A stretch of DNA of 64,000 nt from Eledone cirrhosa (GCA_964016885.1 OZ024743.1:47120001-47184000), one strand, 5' to 3'. Shown: positions 23,557-37,160, counted from the first letter of the stretch. Made by a program: numbers and translations. Notes: a model not told the origin generated them from the sequence alone.

Positions 23557-26500
23557 TATATCTGTGTACATTCTGTATATATATTTGTAAATATATCCTT
23601 GTACATACTGTATATATATATATTTGTATATTTTGTATATATGCTTGTATATTTCTTTGTACATATTAGAGCAAGCAGCTTCACTACAGCAGGTTTTTAT
23701 TTTGAAAAGTGGTCATACAAGTTGGACACAAGCCTCCTGAGACAGAAAAAGTAGATAGCATTGCCAGTGGGACCTGAACCCATTCTCACTGAATGCCAGA
23801 TGGCTGTGTCACCATTACACCAAAACAAGAATAGCCACCCACCTGCCATCTTTAAGCTTTAGGCAAACTTTAAATCCTGAATGTATATCAATTTAAACAG
23901 GCCGTATCTGGCCAGAATTCTCTCACCTCTTTCTCTTCAAACTGACCATAACTGGCCATTCATACTGATGTTAAGGTATTGTTCTCAAAATAAATAACAT
24001 TAAAATCTCATTGAGTCAATATTATGTGAGGTAAAGCCCTTACCACGAAAATATAATAGTAAATATAGAGTAATGTAAATGCTAAAGGGTTAAGCTGTAT
24101 CTATGAGCTAATGGATGTAAACATTGAATCAATCATATTCATGAAGCTTTGGGCAAACACTGAATCCTGAATGTATATCAACTTAAAGCAAGCTGCTTGA
24201 AAACAGGTTTACTATGAAAAAATAGTCAAACCAGTTAGCCACACATGCCCATAGAGATGGAAAAAATGGACACCATTGCCTGTGGGACCCAAACCCACAC
24301 CTGCTGTATTTATGTTTGTATATAGTCTTATAGATGTTTATATATATATCCTTGTACATATATATTCTTGTATGGTGCTGATGTCATAGTAAAATGCACC
24401 TGGTACATGATGTGAAGTGGTTGACATTAGGAAGGACATCCAGCCATGTCAGAATGGAATACATGAATACATGAAGATACAATCATTTGACCTATCTAGC
24501 TTCAGAATGTGACAACCCATCTAACCCAGGTAAACATGAAAACGTCATAAAATAGTGAGGATGATGATAGTACCCTTCTACATATTGCATATATATTTGT
24601 ATATACCCTTCTACATATTGCATATATATTTGTATATACCCTTCTACATATTGCATATATATTTGTATATACCCTTCTACATATTGCATATATATTTGTA
24701 TATACCCTTCTACATATTGCATATATATTTGTATATATTCTGATATATATATATATTATATTCTGTACAGTGTTTTGTAGTCATGAGGTCCTGGGCTCAA
24801 TCCTCTGTAGTGACATCTTTTGCAAGTATCTCTTATCATAGCCCCAGATCAACCCAAGCCTTGGAAGTGAAATTGAGTATATGGAAACTGTATGGAAGAT
24901 CATTGGAGTGATTATACCTCTAATTCAAAGATCTTTCCTTGTCACGTTTTAGTGGCACTCTGATTTTGCCTAAGAATTATGTTAAGGGTACAAATATTTG
25001 TAAAATACTCAGCAACTTACACTTTAATTAGGGTGTTAGTTAATCTTACAACTAAATACTCATTGAAATTGACAGGTGAATTATCATGTTATATCTGTTC
25101 TCCATGCTTGCACAGTTTGGATGAAGCTTGGAGGTCATCTCAGTTTTATGGGCATTAAATGACTGAGAGTACAAGATTCCCCATAAGATAGGATGCCAGT
25201 ACATTTCAAGGCCAACCACCAGCTGCTACTGGTTCTAATTTTCTGCTAAGTAAATTGGAGTGTAAAATGAGATGCCTTGTACAAGGACACAACTTGTTTG
25301 GGAATCAAACCCACAACATAATTGTGAGCCCACCACCTAATCATTAAACCTCATGCCTTCATGTATTGATAGAGTATCCATTGTATATTATTGTACAATA
25401 TTCTGTATTTTTCTGACATAGTCAGGAAGAAGGGTTGTGCCTATGACCTTTACAGGCACTCTAAGACAGTTGTCATTGATGTGGTTTATATAACTTTGAA
25501 CATCTGTGGGGAAAAACACAGTCGAGAAGGAAATTCTAGAGGGTTATTGTTCTGGGGAGAGTAGATGACTAATTAACTGGCATTTATTACTAGTTTGGTG
25601 CTCTACCCATTGATACCAAAGTCATAAATAAATAGGAGGGGTACAGGTGCTTTGTTCCAGAGTCACAAATCGGAAGGAGCATAGCTGGTTGGTACCAGTG
25701 TTACAAGTAGGGCACTGGTATCACAAATAAATAGGAAGAGGAATAGGTAGACAGTCATAGCGGTAGTTATATTCTGATAAGGAAACATTAATTTCAGAAA
25801 TGCATAAAGGTAATCTGGAAAGGGTATTTAAGCTTCTAATTAAAAAAAAACAAACGGTTATATCTACATTAATTTTACCTGAGATTTAATATTCTGTGTT
25901 CTAGCATAGTGTCCTTACAAATATATTGTTGTCAGTGCTGTTACTTCCATTGTTGTTTAGCTGTCAGGTCAGCTCTGGACCAGCAGACTTATGATAGAAA
26001 AGCCTTCCAGCTGTGATCATTCTGACTTTGTTTTTCAGATATAGTGCACCGTCGACTACAGTATCCAATGGTAGTAGTGTTATTTAAGTCACATTTGGTT
26101 GCTATTTCTGGCAGGTTGAGTAACAATGTAGGAGCCCTCTTGTCTCACCCTTATAAAGATCAGTTGCAAAGTAATGTCCATTAGACAAAGTTTGTATTTC
26201 AATTTGAGCAGGATATTTTCCTACCAAACCAAGTTCAGTGCTCTGAGCCCACGAGATAACTTTTCAAATTGCTAGAAATAGCAGGCAAATATTCTTCAAA
26301 TCATTCCTCTCCAACTGCTTTAGTGTCTTTTCTTAAAAGATTTTATTTGAGTTAAACCATGCTTTCCTTAATAAGGAAAAGTATTGGGGTTGATGCAACT
26401 GGTTGATGTAAATATGGTGGGCTTTTCGCACAGTCACTGTCTTCCAAATTCCACGACCAAAGGATCAATCAACTGAAGGCTACAGTGGATGACACTTGTC

Positions 26501-26603
26501 CAAGATATTCTGCAATGGGATCAAACCCGGAACCACGGGGTTATGAAGCAAATTCTTTTAACAACAGCTATGTCTACTCATATACACCCTTTATATATAT
26601 ATA

Positions 26604-27710
26604 TATTATAATTGAATATAAAAGAAAAGCGAACACAGATATATACATATGTGAGTTCAAATCATAACGGACCTGATTCGGTGAAAAGAATACTAACTAT
26701 AGACAATTGGGTTCGCTTGTCTCAATTTAAGAAAAATTCAAGAAAATAAATACAAACCAGAATAGTGGTAACTACCAATCACCCAGACAACTTGGTGTTG
26801 TTTCGCAATGTTGTGAATAGAATTACCAATTTATGCGAAACAACACCAAGTTGTCTGGGTGATTGGTAGTTACCACTATTCTGGTTTGTATTTATTTTCT
26901 TGAATTTTTCTTAAATCGAGACAAACAAACCCAATTGTCTATAGTTAGTATTCTTTTCACCTTAGCAAATCTGGTCCCTTATGATTTGAACTCATATATG
27001 TATATGTCTGTGTTCGTTTTTCTTTTATATTCAATTATAATATACGGCTCGGAAATATCTCTTTCTTAGAGCTATTTTGTTGTTAGAGACTATTTTGAGT
27101 TCCTAACTCAATATATACCTTTGATATATTTGGCTCCGTTAATTTGTTGAGCTATTTCAAATGTCGAATAAACCTGGCTGCTATTTTTAGTCGTGTGGGT
27201 TTGTGAGACATGCTAGGACACCATGTGTGCTATTTAACATTGCCTTTCATCCTTACAGGGTCAATAAAATAAAGTACCAGTAATGTAGTGGGTAATTGCT
27301 GGCCTTGTGCCAAAAATAGAAACAAATATTATATATAGCACACTATTCAGTTACTTAATATATTTAGAAGTGTCTAGGATACTAATTTATCACCCACTGA
27401 TGAGCATAAATTGGTAATTCTATTCACAATTAACATTGCGAAACAACACCAAGTTGTCTGGGTGATTGGTAGTTACCACAATTCCAGTTTGTATTTATTT
27501 TCTTGAATTTTTCTTAAATTGAGACAAGCGAACCCAATTGTCTATAGTTAGTATTCTTTTCACCGAATCAGGTCCCTTACGATTTGAACTCATATATGTA
27601 TATATCTGTGTTCGCTTTTCTTTTTTATTCAATTATAATATACGGCTTGGAAATATCTCTTTCTTAGAGCTATTTAGAGTTCCTAACTCAATATATACCT
27701 TTGATATATA
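26604..27710 (+). mobile_element. Non-coding HHR-bearing element: inverted arm plus head-to-tail partial dimer
   Basis: 26604-26807 is the reverse complement of 26834-27042. 26835-27127 is directly repeated at 27437-27706. Flanked by (TA)n. No ORF with recognisable motifs. Confidence 0.8.
27389..27466 (+). ncRNA. Canonical type I hammerhead ribozyme
   Basis: AUCACCCA CUGAUGA GCA..UGC GAAAC AAC-accaa-GUU GUC UGGGUGAU. 8-bp stem I, complete core and GUC cleavage triplet. Confidence 0.9.
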
Positions 27711-27738
27711 TATATATATATATATATGGTATAGAAAT

Positions 27739-27789
27739 GGCTTCTACAGGACTAGAACTGTTTCTTTCAGGAGAAATCATCAGGAAGCC
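27739..27789 (-). ncRNA. Canonical type I hammerhead in fold-back element 27729-27845
   Basis: GGCUUC CUGAUGA UUUC-UCCU-GAAA GAAA CAG-uucuaguc-CUG UA GAAGCC. All three stems pair; GUA triplet. Confidence 0.85.
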
Positions 27790-29459
27790 CTGATGATTTC
27801 TCCCGAATGAAACAGTTCTAGTCCTGTAGAAGCCATTTTTATATTAAATATTTATACTTTGCTATGTATTGAGTACCTACCTTATTTACCGTGGTTACCC
27901 CCGATTGAACCCGGGATAAACATATATATATATAACTACTACTATATTTGAAATGTTTAGCCTCAGACCAGTCGAAACTGAGTAGATACGAAGTCAAAGT
28001 TATTCTAACAATTACCAACCTATTCTCTCCCAGACATCGTGTAATTAGAACTATATTGATTACATTAAGCCCGGTATAGATATATATATATATATATATT
28101 TTTTTTTTTTTGGCACTGGTAGTATAGGATTTGATGAAGATTGGGCTGGTGTCTTTTTTTTTTTTTATAAAGGCTCACGTATTCAATTATATACACTGTT
28201 GAGGCTCACGTTTTCAATTATATACACTGTTGATACGCCGAGTTGGCAGAGTTGTTAGAACGTTGTATAGAATGTTTTGAAGTATTCGTTTCGGCTCTGC
28301 ACATCAAATCCCGCCGAGGTCAATTTTGCCTTTCATCCTTTCCAGGTCAGTAAAAAAAAAAGTGCCAATCTAGCAGCTGAGTCGATTTTATTCTCTATAA
28401 TTTTTCTAACTTCCTCTCTCTCACTCTCCTTCTCTGGAAGAAATCGGCTGCGTTCATACGTTGAAAGGGATGGGCTCCGCCAGGTTTCAAATGTCGTTAC
28501 GCCCCCCCCCCCCATACGACAGCAATTACGGGTCCACACACATTATTGAAAACACTATAGAGATAAAACTAACGTCATGTTTACAAACTTTCAAGGGACA
28601 TAACTCGTCATCAATATAATATAAGTTACTGTTCCTCTGGATAAGTGAAGGCACGTGGCTTAGTGTTAGGTAGATTCACAAGCGTGAGGTTGTGAGTTCG
28701 ACTTCCGGCTGTGTGATGTGTTGTGTCCTTGAGAGAAACACTTTATTACATGTTGCTCCAGTTCACTGATATCTAGAAATGAGTTGGGGCGCCACTGATG
28801 CCAAGCTGCATCAGCCATTTGCCTTTCCTTTGAACAACATTGGTGGAGAGGAGTGACTGGTATGTAGAGGCAACTGTTGATCTTCCACAAAAACACCTTG
28901 CCATTGTCATTAGTGACCGAACGGAGTATTTTTTTTTTTTTTTTACCCTTGCGGAAAAGTAACTATTATTAGATAGGTTGACTTTGCCTTTCATCCTTAA
29001 GGGGTCGATAAAATAAAGTACCAGTAATACACTGAGTGATTGCTGGCCTTGTGCCTAAAGTAGAAACAATTATTAGATAGATTTTGTTGGCTCATGCACC
29101 TTATCTAGTTGTGTTTTCCCCTGTTCTTCTTCAGAAAACCATTCTTAATCATACATACATTATATATATAAATATATATATATATTATATATAGGTATTG
29201 AAGTTTCCATTGAAAATTGAAAAAGTCATAGGAGTGAAGAGTGCTCTATGTAAGTTACAGAGCTAAATTTAATGTATAATAAACAATACAATATAATTAC
29301 CTCATTACCAGAGGTTTCCCGAATAAGACGTTTCTTGTATTCGTCTTATTCGGGAAACCTCTGGTAATGAGGTAATTATATTGTATTGTTTATTACACAT
29401 TACATATATATATATATATATATAGTTGTGGAACGAAGCTTATTGAATATATATATATA

Positions 29460-29536
29460 CAGGGTGTCCCCCCAAAATGTATATGCATTTATTAGAATGC
29501 TGTTGAAGTATGTATAGATTTTTGGGGGACACCCTG
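29460..29536. mobile_element. 77-bp Tc1/mariner MITE
   Basis: TIRs CAGGGTGTCCCCCCAAAA and TTTTGGGGGACACCCTG within (TA)n. Confidence 0.8.
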
Positions 29537-29569
<33 letters not shown>

Positions 29570-30144
29570 TTTCAGAAAGCTACAGCAATGTAAATAAGAC
29601 ATTAAATATTAAAATTTAACGATAACAATGTTATTGGACTGTTACCCTGGAGGTGTTTAACTAATTTTTAATATTTCGAGATAAGATTTCTTCGTCAAAA
29701 GAAGAGTTAAGGAAATTAAGTCAGGGTAGGATACCTTGTGTTGTTCTTATGTTGGCATTTTTAGTCTGAAATTGGTGATATAGGAGAGTGTGAGTTTTAT
29801 TTATTTATTTGCAGTAGTAGTATTGTTGTGGCATTAATTCCATTGCTTCTTTGTTGTGAGTGAATTGGTAGTGACCCCTTGTGGTAGTAGAAGTAAGTTG
29901 GTGGAATGAAGTAGTAGTAATAAAATCTATGAGTAAAGAATTGAAGGTGTGAAGTGATATATGATAACAAAGCTACTAAGACTATGGTTGTATCTATTGT
30001 TGAAGTGGAATGACGTGTGGTAGTAAGTCTGTCTATGATAGCCACTGGAGGTTGAGTTTTAAGAAGGATACGTTTTGTGTGACAGTACCAGTAATGTACT
30101 GAGTAATTGCTGGCCTTGTGCCAAAAGTAGAAACAATTATTAGA

Positions 30145-30338
30145 GGGCGGTGGATTGGCAGTATCGGTAGAGGGTCAGACGCCATGCTTTGCAGCATAGA
30201 GCTATGTCCCTTTACGGTCTGAGTTCAAATCCCGCCGGGGTTAACTTTGCCTTTCATCCTTACGGGGTCGACAAAATAAAGTACCAGTAATGCACTGGGA
30301 TAATTGCTGGCCTTGTGCCAAAAGTAGAAACAATTATT
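30145..30338 (+). mobile_element. Full-length SINE, second family
   Basis: Same consensus as 5552-5736. Similar copies at 31806-31992 and 58246-58430. Confidence 0.85.
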
Positions 30339-30739
30339 ACAGAGCAAAAAGCGAGTGTGTCAGCCATGTTCTTTTATGGAAGCCTGTTCACGGTCATAGA
30401 AGTAGAGGTCGTCCTGCAACAATATATCTAGATATGATAGATGATGATGATGATATGCTGACACGGGTGGAAATTTAACGGATCTTGGAATGATAATGCT
30501 AGATAGAGACAAGTGGAAGAAGTACTGTTCATTGAAACTCGAATCGTGAGATCTGTGTTTGGCTATAAAAATAGATTCCTTCATAATAGTGAGTAGCGTG
30601 TAGAAAAGTTGCAGCTTAGTCGCTTTACTTGGCTGCGTCGTATGGTTGATGTTGCAATATCAAAGAAAATGTAAAGGAAGGGGTGAACAACTGAGCCAAC
30701 ACCAGAGCAAAAGACAGCAACGTCGCGAGGAGTACCGGG

Positions 30740-31030
30740 CAACCTCTCTAATGATTTTTAGGCAAGCCAGCACACTCGCAGCGTTGCCTCGGGTGATGGC
30801 GAGGCTGATGCGCTGGAACAACCAAGCGCTCTCGCGAGATTCGCCAGTTACCTCTATTAGGCGAGCCGCCAGTGAAGAGAGCAACCTCGCAGTCAGCGAC
30901 CCGACTCCCCCAAACGTCTCGAAAGCCAGAGGCTGAAAAATGTAGCTGGCTGACAGATCACAGTATTTGAGGGACTTACTCTGCTCGGCTGCGGAAGCTG
31001 TGGCTCTCGTCCTAACCGCAGCATCCAGGA
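30740..31030 (-). mobile_element. CRE/R2-group non-LTR element 3' fragment (restriction-like endonuclease end)
   Basis: ..LIEVTGESRESAWLFQRISLAITRGNAASV, a typical C-terminus of RLE-bearing elements. Confidence 0.7.
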
Positions 31031-31740
31031 TGTAGATGAGGGTAGTGGTGAGAGGGTTAGGGAATCTATTTGTTAGAGGTGGGGTGTCATATGAATGTGT
31101 GTGGAGGATTAAAGATTAAATTTAAACATGACAATGATCGGAGTGACAAGAACGTTAGATGGATTATTAGATGAAATAACAAGGATAAAGATTTAGTTTA
31201 TATATAGTGGTTTACTTCACTTCAATCAAAAAGTACAATAAAACAGTTACCAAGAGTTGAGAAGGTTGACAATGTTATTTTGTTGTTGATGTGATTACAG
31301 CGAGCGAGCGAACAGATAACATTTATTGGTGGTTAAAGTTTGTTGCAGTCGTCATAGTAGTTCTCGTCGTGAGTCTGAGACCATAGTGAGTGAGAGATAG
31401 TAATGGTTTGTATATGGTTGTAGACCATTGTGGCTTGTAGATAGCGGTGAATCTTTCACATAACGGGTCTGTAGTAGTAGGGCTCCGATCGCTCTGTATT
31501 TCTGTAGACCACTGGGGCCTGAAGCTAGCGGTGAATCTTTACATAGTTTGTTGTGTATCGTAGTGCTCCGATGTCTCTCCCTAAAGTGGGATGATACAGG
31601 CTTTATATACCTGTCGCTTTCTGTCTCCCACCTTGAGGGGATAGCCCACGCATGAACCTGTTCACACCAAAGGGGTGGTGACCTAGAATTTGACCTTTAG
31701 GTGTCACCCAAGGTTCAAGGAGCGGACAGACTTCGCTACA
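31031..31740 (-). mobile_element. Probable solo LTR
   Basis: TGTAG...CTACA termini. Minus-strand TATATAAA (about 31602-31609) and AATAAA (about 31322-31327). No clear target-site duplication. Confidence 0.4.
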
Positions 31741-32787
31741 GGTGTGTGTTTTCTTTTAATTGCGTGCAAAGGAACCCGGCTAGCCGCCACTATTATACTC
31801 TATTTCGGCGGTGGATTGGCAGTATCGGTAGAGGGTCGGACGCCATGCTTTGCAGAATTATGACTCTTTATGGTCTGAGTTCAAATCTCGCCGAGGTTAA
31901 CTTTGCCTTTCATCCTTACGGGGTCGATAAAATAAAGTACCAGTAATACACTGGGTTAATTGCTGGCCTTGTGCCAAAAGTAGAAACAATTATAAATAAT
32001 GGGCTGACTTTTTAGGTGGCAAACTCCTAGGCTGGTTTTAAAACCCAGTCCGCTTTTGAGTGGTGACTTTTAAGTCTGTGCTGAACAATTCCAATTTTAT
32101 AAAGATGTTCTGAATAAAAACATTAGTAATGAAGTTTAGCGACTGTTGAGAGGTGTTTGTATCTTTTCAACTTTCAATGTAACAAGAGAACTAGGTTATC
32201 TACAAGACTATCTTAAAAATGGAGAACATTGCTAGTCTTTTTAAGAAACGATATCTGCGCTTGGCTCATATGACAGAGAACAAAGCCATTGTCACTTGTA
32301 ATATTTGTGTTGATACCTTAAAGGTGTACTCTAATAATATTTATTGCAATAAGAACAATAAAACCTGTCCATGATGTTCTCAGTTGATATAAAAACGGAA
32401 TTCGGTCATGAAAACTTTTCGTGTCTGAAATTAAGATAAAACCTCTCGCATGTAATAAATATCAATAGCCTATATATTTCCTCTTTACCAATGATGAATG
32501 CTTCGACTATGTTAAAAAATATCACCTTTTGTTGGTACTGTAAATAAGAATAGGGTGACAAATGAAAAGGAAAATAACCTATGACATAGTTATTCATTGG
32601 CTGAATAAAGACAGCTCATATTGCTTTATTTTCTGAGATATGCTTAAAGGTATAAGCAAAGAAAAAAAAATGAAGCAGAGTTTTAGAACACTGATCGTCG
32701 TCTGCGTTATAAATTTATGACTAAATAAATAGGTATGTCACGAGAAGTGAGGATGTTGAAGACTGACACTTCATCTGAGGGAGAAAA

Positions 32788-32859
<72 letters not shown>

Positions 32860-33959
32860 AAACGAAACACCAGTTCCCACAAACGACAGATCCTCTCCTC
32901 ACGATGATATACCAATTTATCTAACCCAAACTCATGAACTTCACAACTAAGAATGCATGATTATCAGAGAAAGATACAGCATTATATAGACTTCATCCAT
33001 GTAATGGTTTCTAATTTTGATACAAAGCAAGCATGGAGAAAGGAAAGTCGATTATATCGACCCAGTACCCTAACCCTAACCCATACTCGACTTCGGTAGA
33101 GATTTGAACTCAGAATGTAAAGACTTGGAACAAATACCGCATAACATTTTGTTCAATGCTATTACGATTCTACCAATCCATTGCTCTCATCTATATAATA
33201 TGAACGAAAGTATGTCCGTTTGTCTTGAAACAATGTCACCATTTCTTAACGGATCATCACAAAATTTGGCACAAATATTCACAAATATTGAGATCTGTTC
33301 CAGAATATTCCATGATTTTCGAATCTAATGTCCAAATCAGGAAACCGGGAATTGTTATAAAAAGTGATGTAGAAAACATTCTTTTTCGGCTCTCACGTTA
33401 CTGAGTATCTCTCTATCTCTCACTAAGCACTTCTAATGGAGTCGTAGGAGCGATGTAGTGATGTTTTGGAGATTTTAAACCTGGCAAAACCCATTCCTCT
33501 CCTGGTCTAAATACAGACGATTTCTTCTAGAGAAAGACAGACAGAAAGAGGAAAAGTAAGTAAGAAAGAGATATAAAGGAAGAATCAACCTCAGTACTGA
33601 AATGGTACATTATTTTATGATATCAAAAGTATGAAGGGCAAAGTTGACCTCGGCGTGATTTGAACTTAGAGAGCCGAGATGAGTACCGCGTGGCATTCTA
33701 TCAAACATTCTAACGATTCTGCTAATTTGCGGCCTTGTCGCCGAATATGTTGGAGTCAATTCTTTTGAAACACTTTTTGTATCTATTATAAATAATATAC
33801 CAATACGTAGATATACAACATACACGATAGATATACAACATGATGTCTATAATCCTCTTGACCTGTCACACTTGGCTGATTTCGGCCAGGATTTATTAGC
33901 TCCTAAACTCTCTGTGGCAGTAACAGACGGGTTGTCTCTAATTAACTACATAGCATTTA

Positions 33960-34087
33960 TCGTATGTGTGGTGATATCATAAATATCGTATGTGTGGTGA
34001 TATCATAGATATCGTATGTGTGGTGATATCATAGATATCGTATGTCTGGTGATATCATAAATATCGTATGTGTGGTGATATCATAAA
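33960..34087. repeat. 26-bp tandem repeat, about 5 copies
   Basis: Unit atcgtatgtgtggtgatatcata(a/g)at. Confidence 0.9.
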
Positions 34088-34109
34088 TTCCTTTTGAATT
34101 TTTTTTTTC

Positions 34110-34535
34110 AGTCCATCGTGAGGATCACCCCGCCGCCTTCATTTAAGAATGAAGCAGAGGCGGTTTTCCTCTGTCTGGTGGCTATGGCGAAAGAGGTAAT
34201 ATAGTGGATGAGGTTATTCGTTGAAAGGTGGGTGAATGTGGTGAAAATGGCCCGAGTGAATGGGCCTTCTCTGTATATAAACCTGTAGGTTGAGGAAGAT
34301 AAACAGAGGGAAGACGGGAACACCTACAATACGTGTTCCTGGTATTGAAGGTTGTTCTATCCACGGGGTGTAAAACAACCCCGCTGTAACGTTCCCCCCT
34401 ATTGGGGATTTTGATTGTTTTATTTTGTATATATTTTATTGTTATCCATTATTATTGTTAAAGATTTTATGTAAAACCCCCGCCGACACGTCTTGTAATG
34501 CCCCATTTCTGTACGCCTCGGTGGCAAATAAAGAA
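34110..34535 (+). mobile_element. L1/Tx1-clade LINE 3' fragment
   Basis: Homologous to 34876-35400 (PPPSF.NE.EAVFLC.VAMAKEV). Ends AATAAAGAAA followed by (TCTA)n. Confidence 0.75.
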
Positions 34536-34567
34536 ATCTATCTATCTATTTTATCTGTTTGTCTGTC

Positions 34568-35407
34568 GGAGAAAATCTAGGCGTAGAGGAAGACGAACTG
34601 GCCAGTCTGTTCGGTAGGACCTTCCGCTCGGGACTGATGGACAACTTCCAAAAGTCCCTGACCTGGCAGTGCTACCGAGGAGCTCTACCAGTTCGAGACA
34701 AGCTCTACAGAAATGGACGCCCGAGCAGGGACCCTTCGAAAAAGATCTGTCCGAGATGCGTGCGAGACGAAGAAACCGTCGCGCACACATTCATACACTG
34801 CCCGGGCGTTACCGACCTGTGGGGCTATGTAGAACGACTATTGTCGCTGGTGGGACCAATCCGGTTGACCACCGAGTCCATTGTCATGATCAAACCGCCA
34901 CCCTCCTTCAAAAACGAAGGAGAGGCAGTTTTCCTTTGTGTGGTAGCTATGGCGAAAGAGGTTGTATGGTGGACAGGTTAAAAGGGCTGAGGTCATACAC
35001 CTTTGTCTCCGGCCAACAACTGATTCTTTTTTTCAAATACCACTTTGGAAGGAGAATCAGGATGGAGAGAGAGGTGCTGTACCCCAGCAAGTTTTATGAA
35101 AGGCGGGTGGAAGTGGCGAGAATGGCCCGAGTGAATGAACCTTCTCTCTATATCAGCCTGTAGGTTGAGGAAAAAGAGGAAGAGAGGAAAGGGGTACAAA
35201 CTCTTCGTACTCCTGGAGATGAGGGTTGCACATTTTTTCGGGGGTATGTGTTACCCATATGAAATGTCTCCACCCTATTGGGGAAAATCGATTAACTTTT
35301 AAATTGCATTTGTGATAGTATTTTTACACGTTTTTATTGTATGTAAACTTCTCCCTTTGTATTTGTCCCCTTCTTTTGTGCCCCTGTGGCTAATAAAGAA
35401 ACATATC
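34568..35407 (+). mobile_element. L1/Tx1-clade LINE 3' fragment with target-site duplication
   Basis: zf-RVT-type motif W.CYRGALPVRDKL..CPRC..ETVAHTFIHC..LW, and AATAAA. 16-bp direct repeat tatctgtttgtctgtc at 34552-34567 and 35408-35423. Confidence 0.85.
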
Positions 35408-35487
35408 TATCTGTTTGTCTGTCTGCATGTATGCCTGTCTATTTATCTATCATTCTGTGTGTTTGTGTCTGTCTATCTATCTATCAA

Positions 35488-35576
<89 letters not shown>

Positions 35577-36124
35577 TGAAGTAGTTATACTTGTGTGCCG
35601 TACAGTAGTCTGTCAGTAATATCTATATCTCTTCCTGCTGTTAACCCACTGATATTTCACATATTTACAGTATGTCCCACATAATGACTTCTTCATTCTC
35701 TCATAATTAAACATTCCGTTCCAAACAACGTTTGAAGGGAAAGCTTAATTATGAGAGAGTGAAGGGAATGTTACTTCTGACATCATTACCATCAGCACTA
35801 GTTCGCTTTGTAGGATGTTATCCTCCTCATTGGTCAGGCTTCTCTTGTTCTTGTTGATATTGATGTTGTTGCTGATGGTGGAGTTCTTTTTTTATTGCTT
35901 AGTGAGGGAGGCGGGGGTGGGATGAGGAGGACTGGTGGGAAAAAGAGGGATGGATAAGAAAAAGGTATCGTAGAACTGAAAACGTGGTTCTAAGAATGTT
36001 TGCAACAGAGGAATATGTCAAAGAGACATAGCAAAGACATATACTGCATCAGTTCAGAATGGAGGAAGAGAGAGTTAAGGTCATACATGTAAAACAGTCA
36101 TTTATCAACAGGAAGCGTATAGGG

Positions 36125-36279
<155 letters not shown>

Positions 36280-36411
36280 TGTGTGTGTGTGTGCGTGTAT
36301 ATATGTATATATGTATATATGTATGTAAAAGGTAAACAGAAATAACAACACAATTGGTACAGTATATGGAAGGGATATATTAGGTTAACGCTTGATATAT
36401 GTGGAAGAGGG

Positions 36412-36447
36412 TCTTAACGTTTCGGACGCTAGTCTTTCATCAGAAGA
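36412..36447 (-). ncRNA. Minimal type I hammerhead
   Basis: UCUU CUGAUGA AAGAC-UAGC-GUCC GAAAC GUU AAGA. Palindromic AACGUU replaces stem III, as in PLE minimal HHRs. Confidence 0.65.
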
Positions 36448-36689
36448 AAGAATGAGAAATAAGAGATTGAGGGGACTGGTGGGATGGAATTGGAAAACAC
36501 GTCTTTAGATAAAAATAACAGGTCCATTCATGTTGACATCTCTTGCAAAACTGTTGATGATGGCGTTTTGTGTATGATTTATTTTTTAGAAAAGTAGATG
36601 ATGGAGCGCATCTACCTGAAATGGAAAAAAAAACCGTTTTGTAAAGTATGTATACTATTATCTTCAATAGCATATTGGGTTTACCAAGC

Positions 36690-37160
36690 TCAAATCATTC
36701 AGGACCTCAAAGTGCCCTTATCTGTAAAGAGCTCCATCGGCATCAATTGGATATTGTTGTTCTCTCTGAAACACGGCCACCTGAAGATGGCCGACTAGAG
36801 AAACCTGACTCAGGATACACCTTATTCTACAATGGTCGACCAAAAAGGGAGCGTCGTGAAGCCGGAGATGGTTTTGCTTTAAGAACCTTCCTAGAGCGAC
36901 ATCTGACGGAGCTTTCGCATGACATCTCTGATCAGATCATGACACTTAGGTTGCCGCTCTACTTTAACAGTTTTATGACTTTGGACTGCGTGTACACTCA
37001 TATTCCTGTAAGTTCTCGAGAATAAATAGATACATTTTACGTGGATCTACGAATAGTCTTGAAAAATGTTAATAGGGATAACAAAGTTGTAGCGTTAAGT
37101 GATTTGAATGCTAGTGTTGGGTGTGACTACTGCAGGGAGCAGCATAGGTCGTTATGGAAT
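36690..37160 (+). pseudogene. RTE-type APE endonuclease fragment
   Basis: ALICKEL.R..LDIVVLSETR..DG.L....SGYTLFY.G....R.AG.GFA..I.TLRLPL, then stops. Confidence 0.75.

Noticed and set aside
32220-32340. Possible BED-finger transposase remnant (TCNIC)
   Set aside because: Too short and degenerate to support.
33068-33082. Telomeric (CCCTAA)n
   Set aside because: Only two units; not meaningful.
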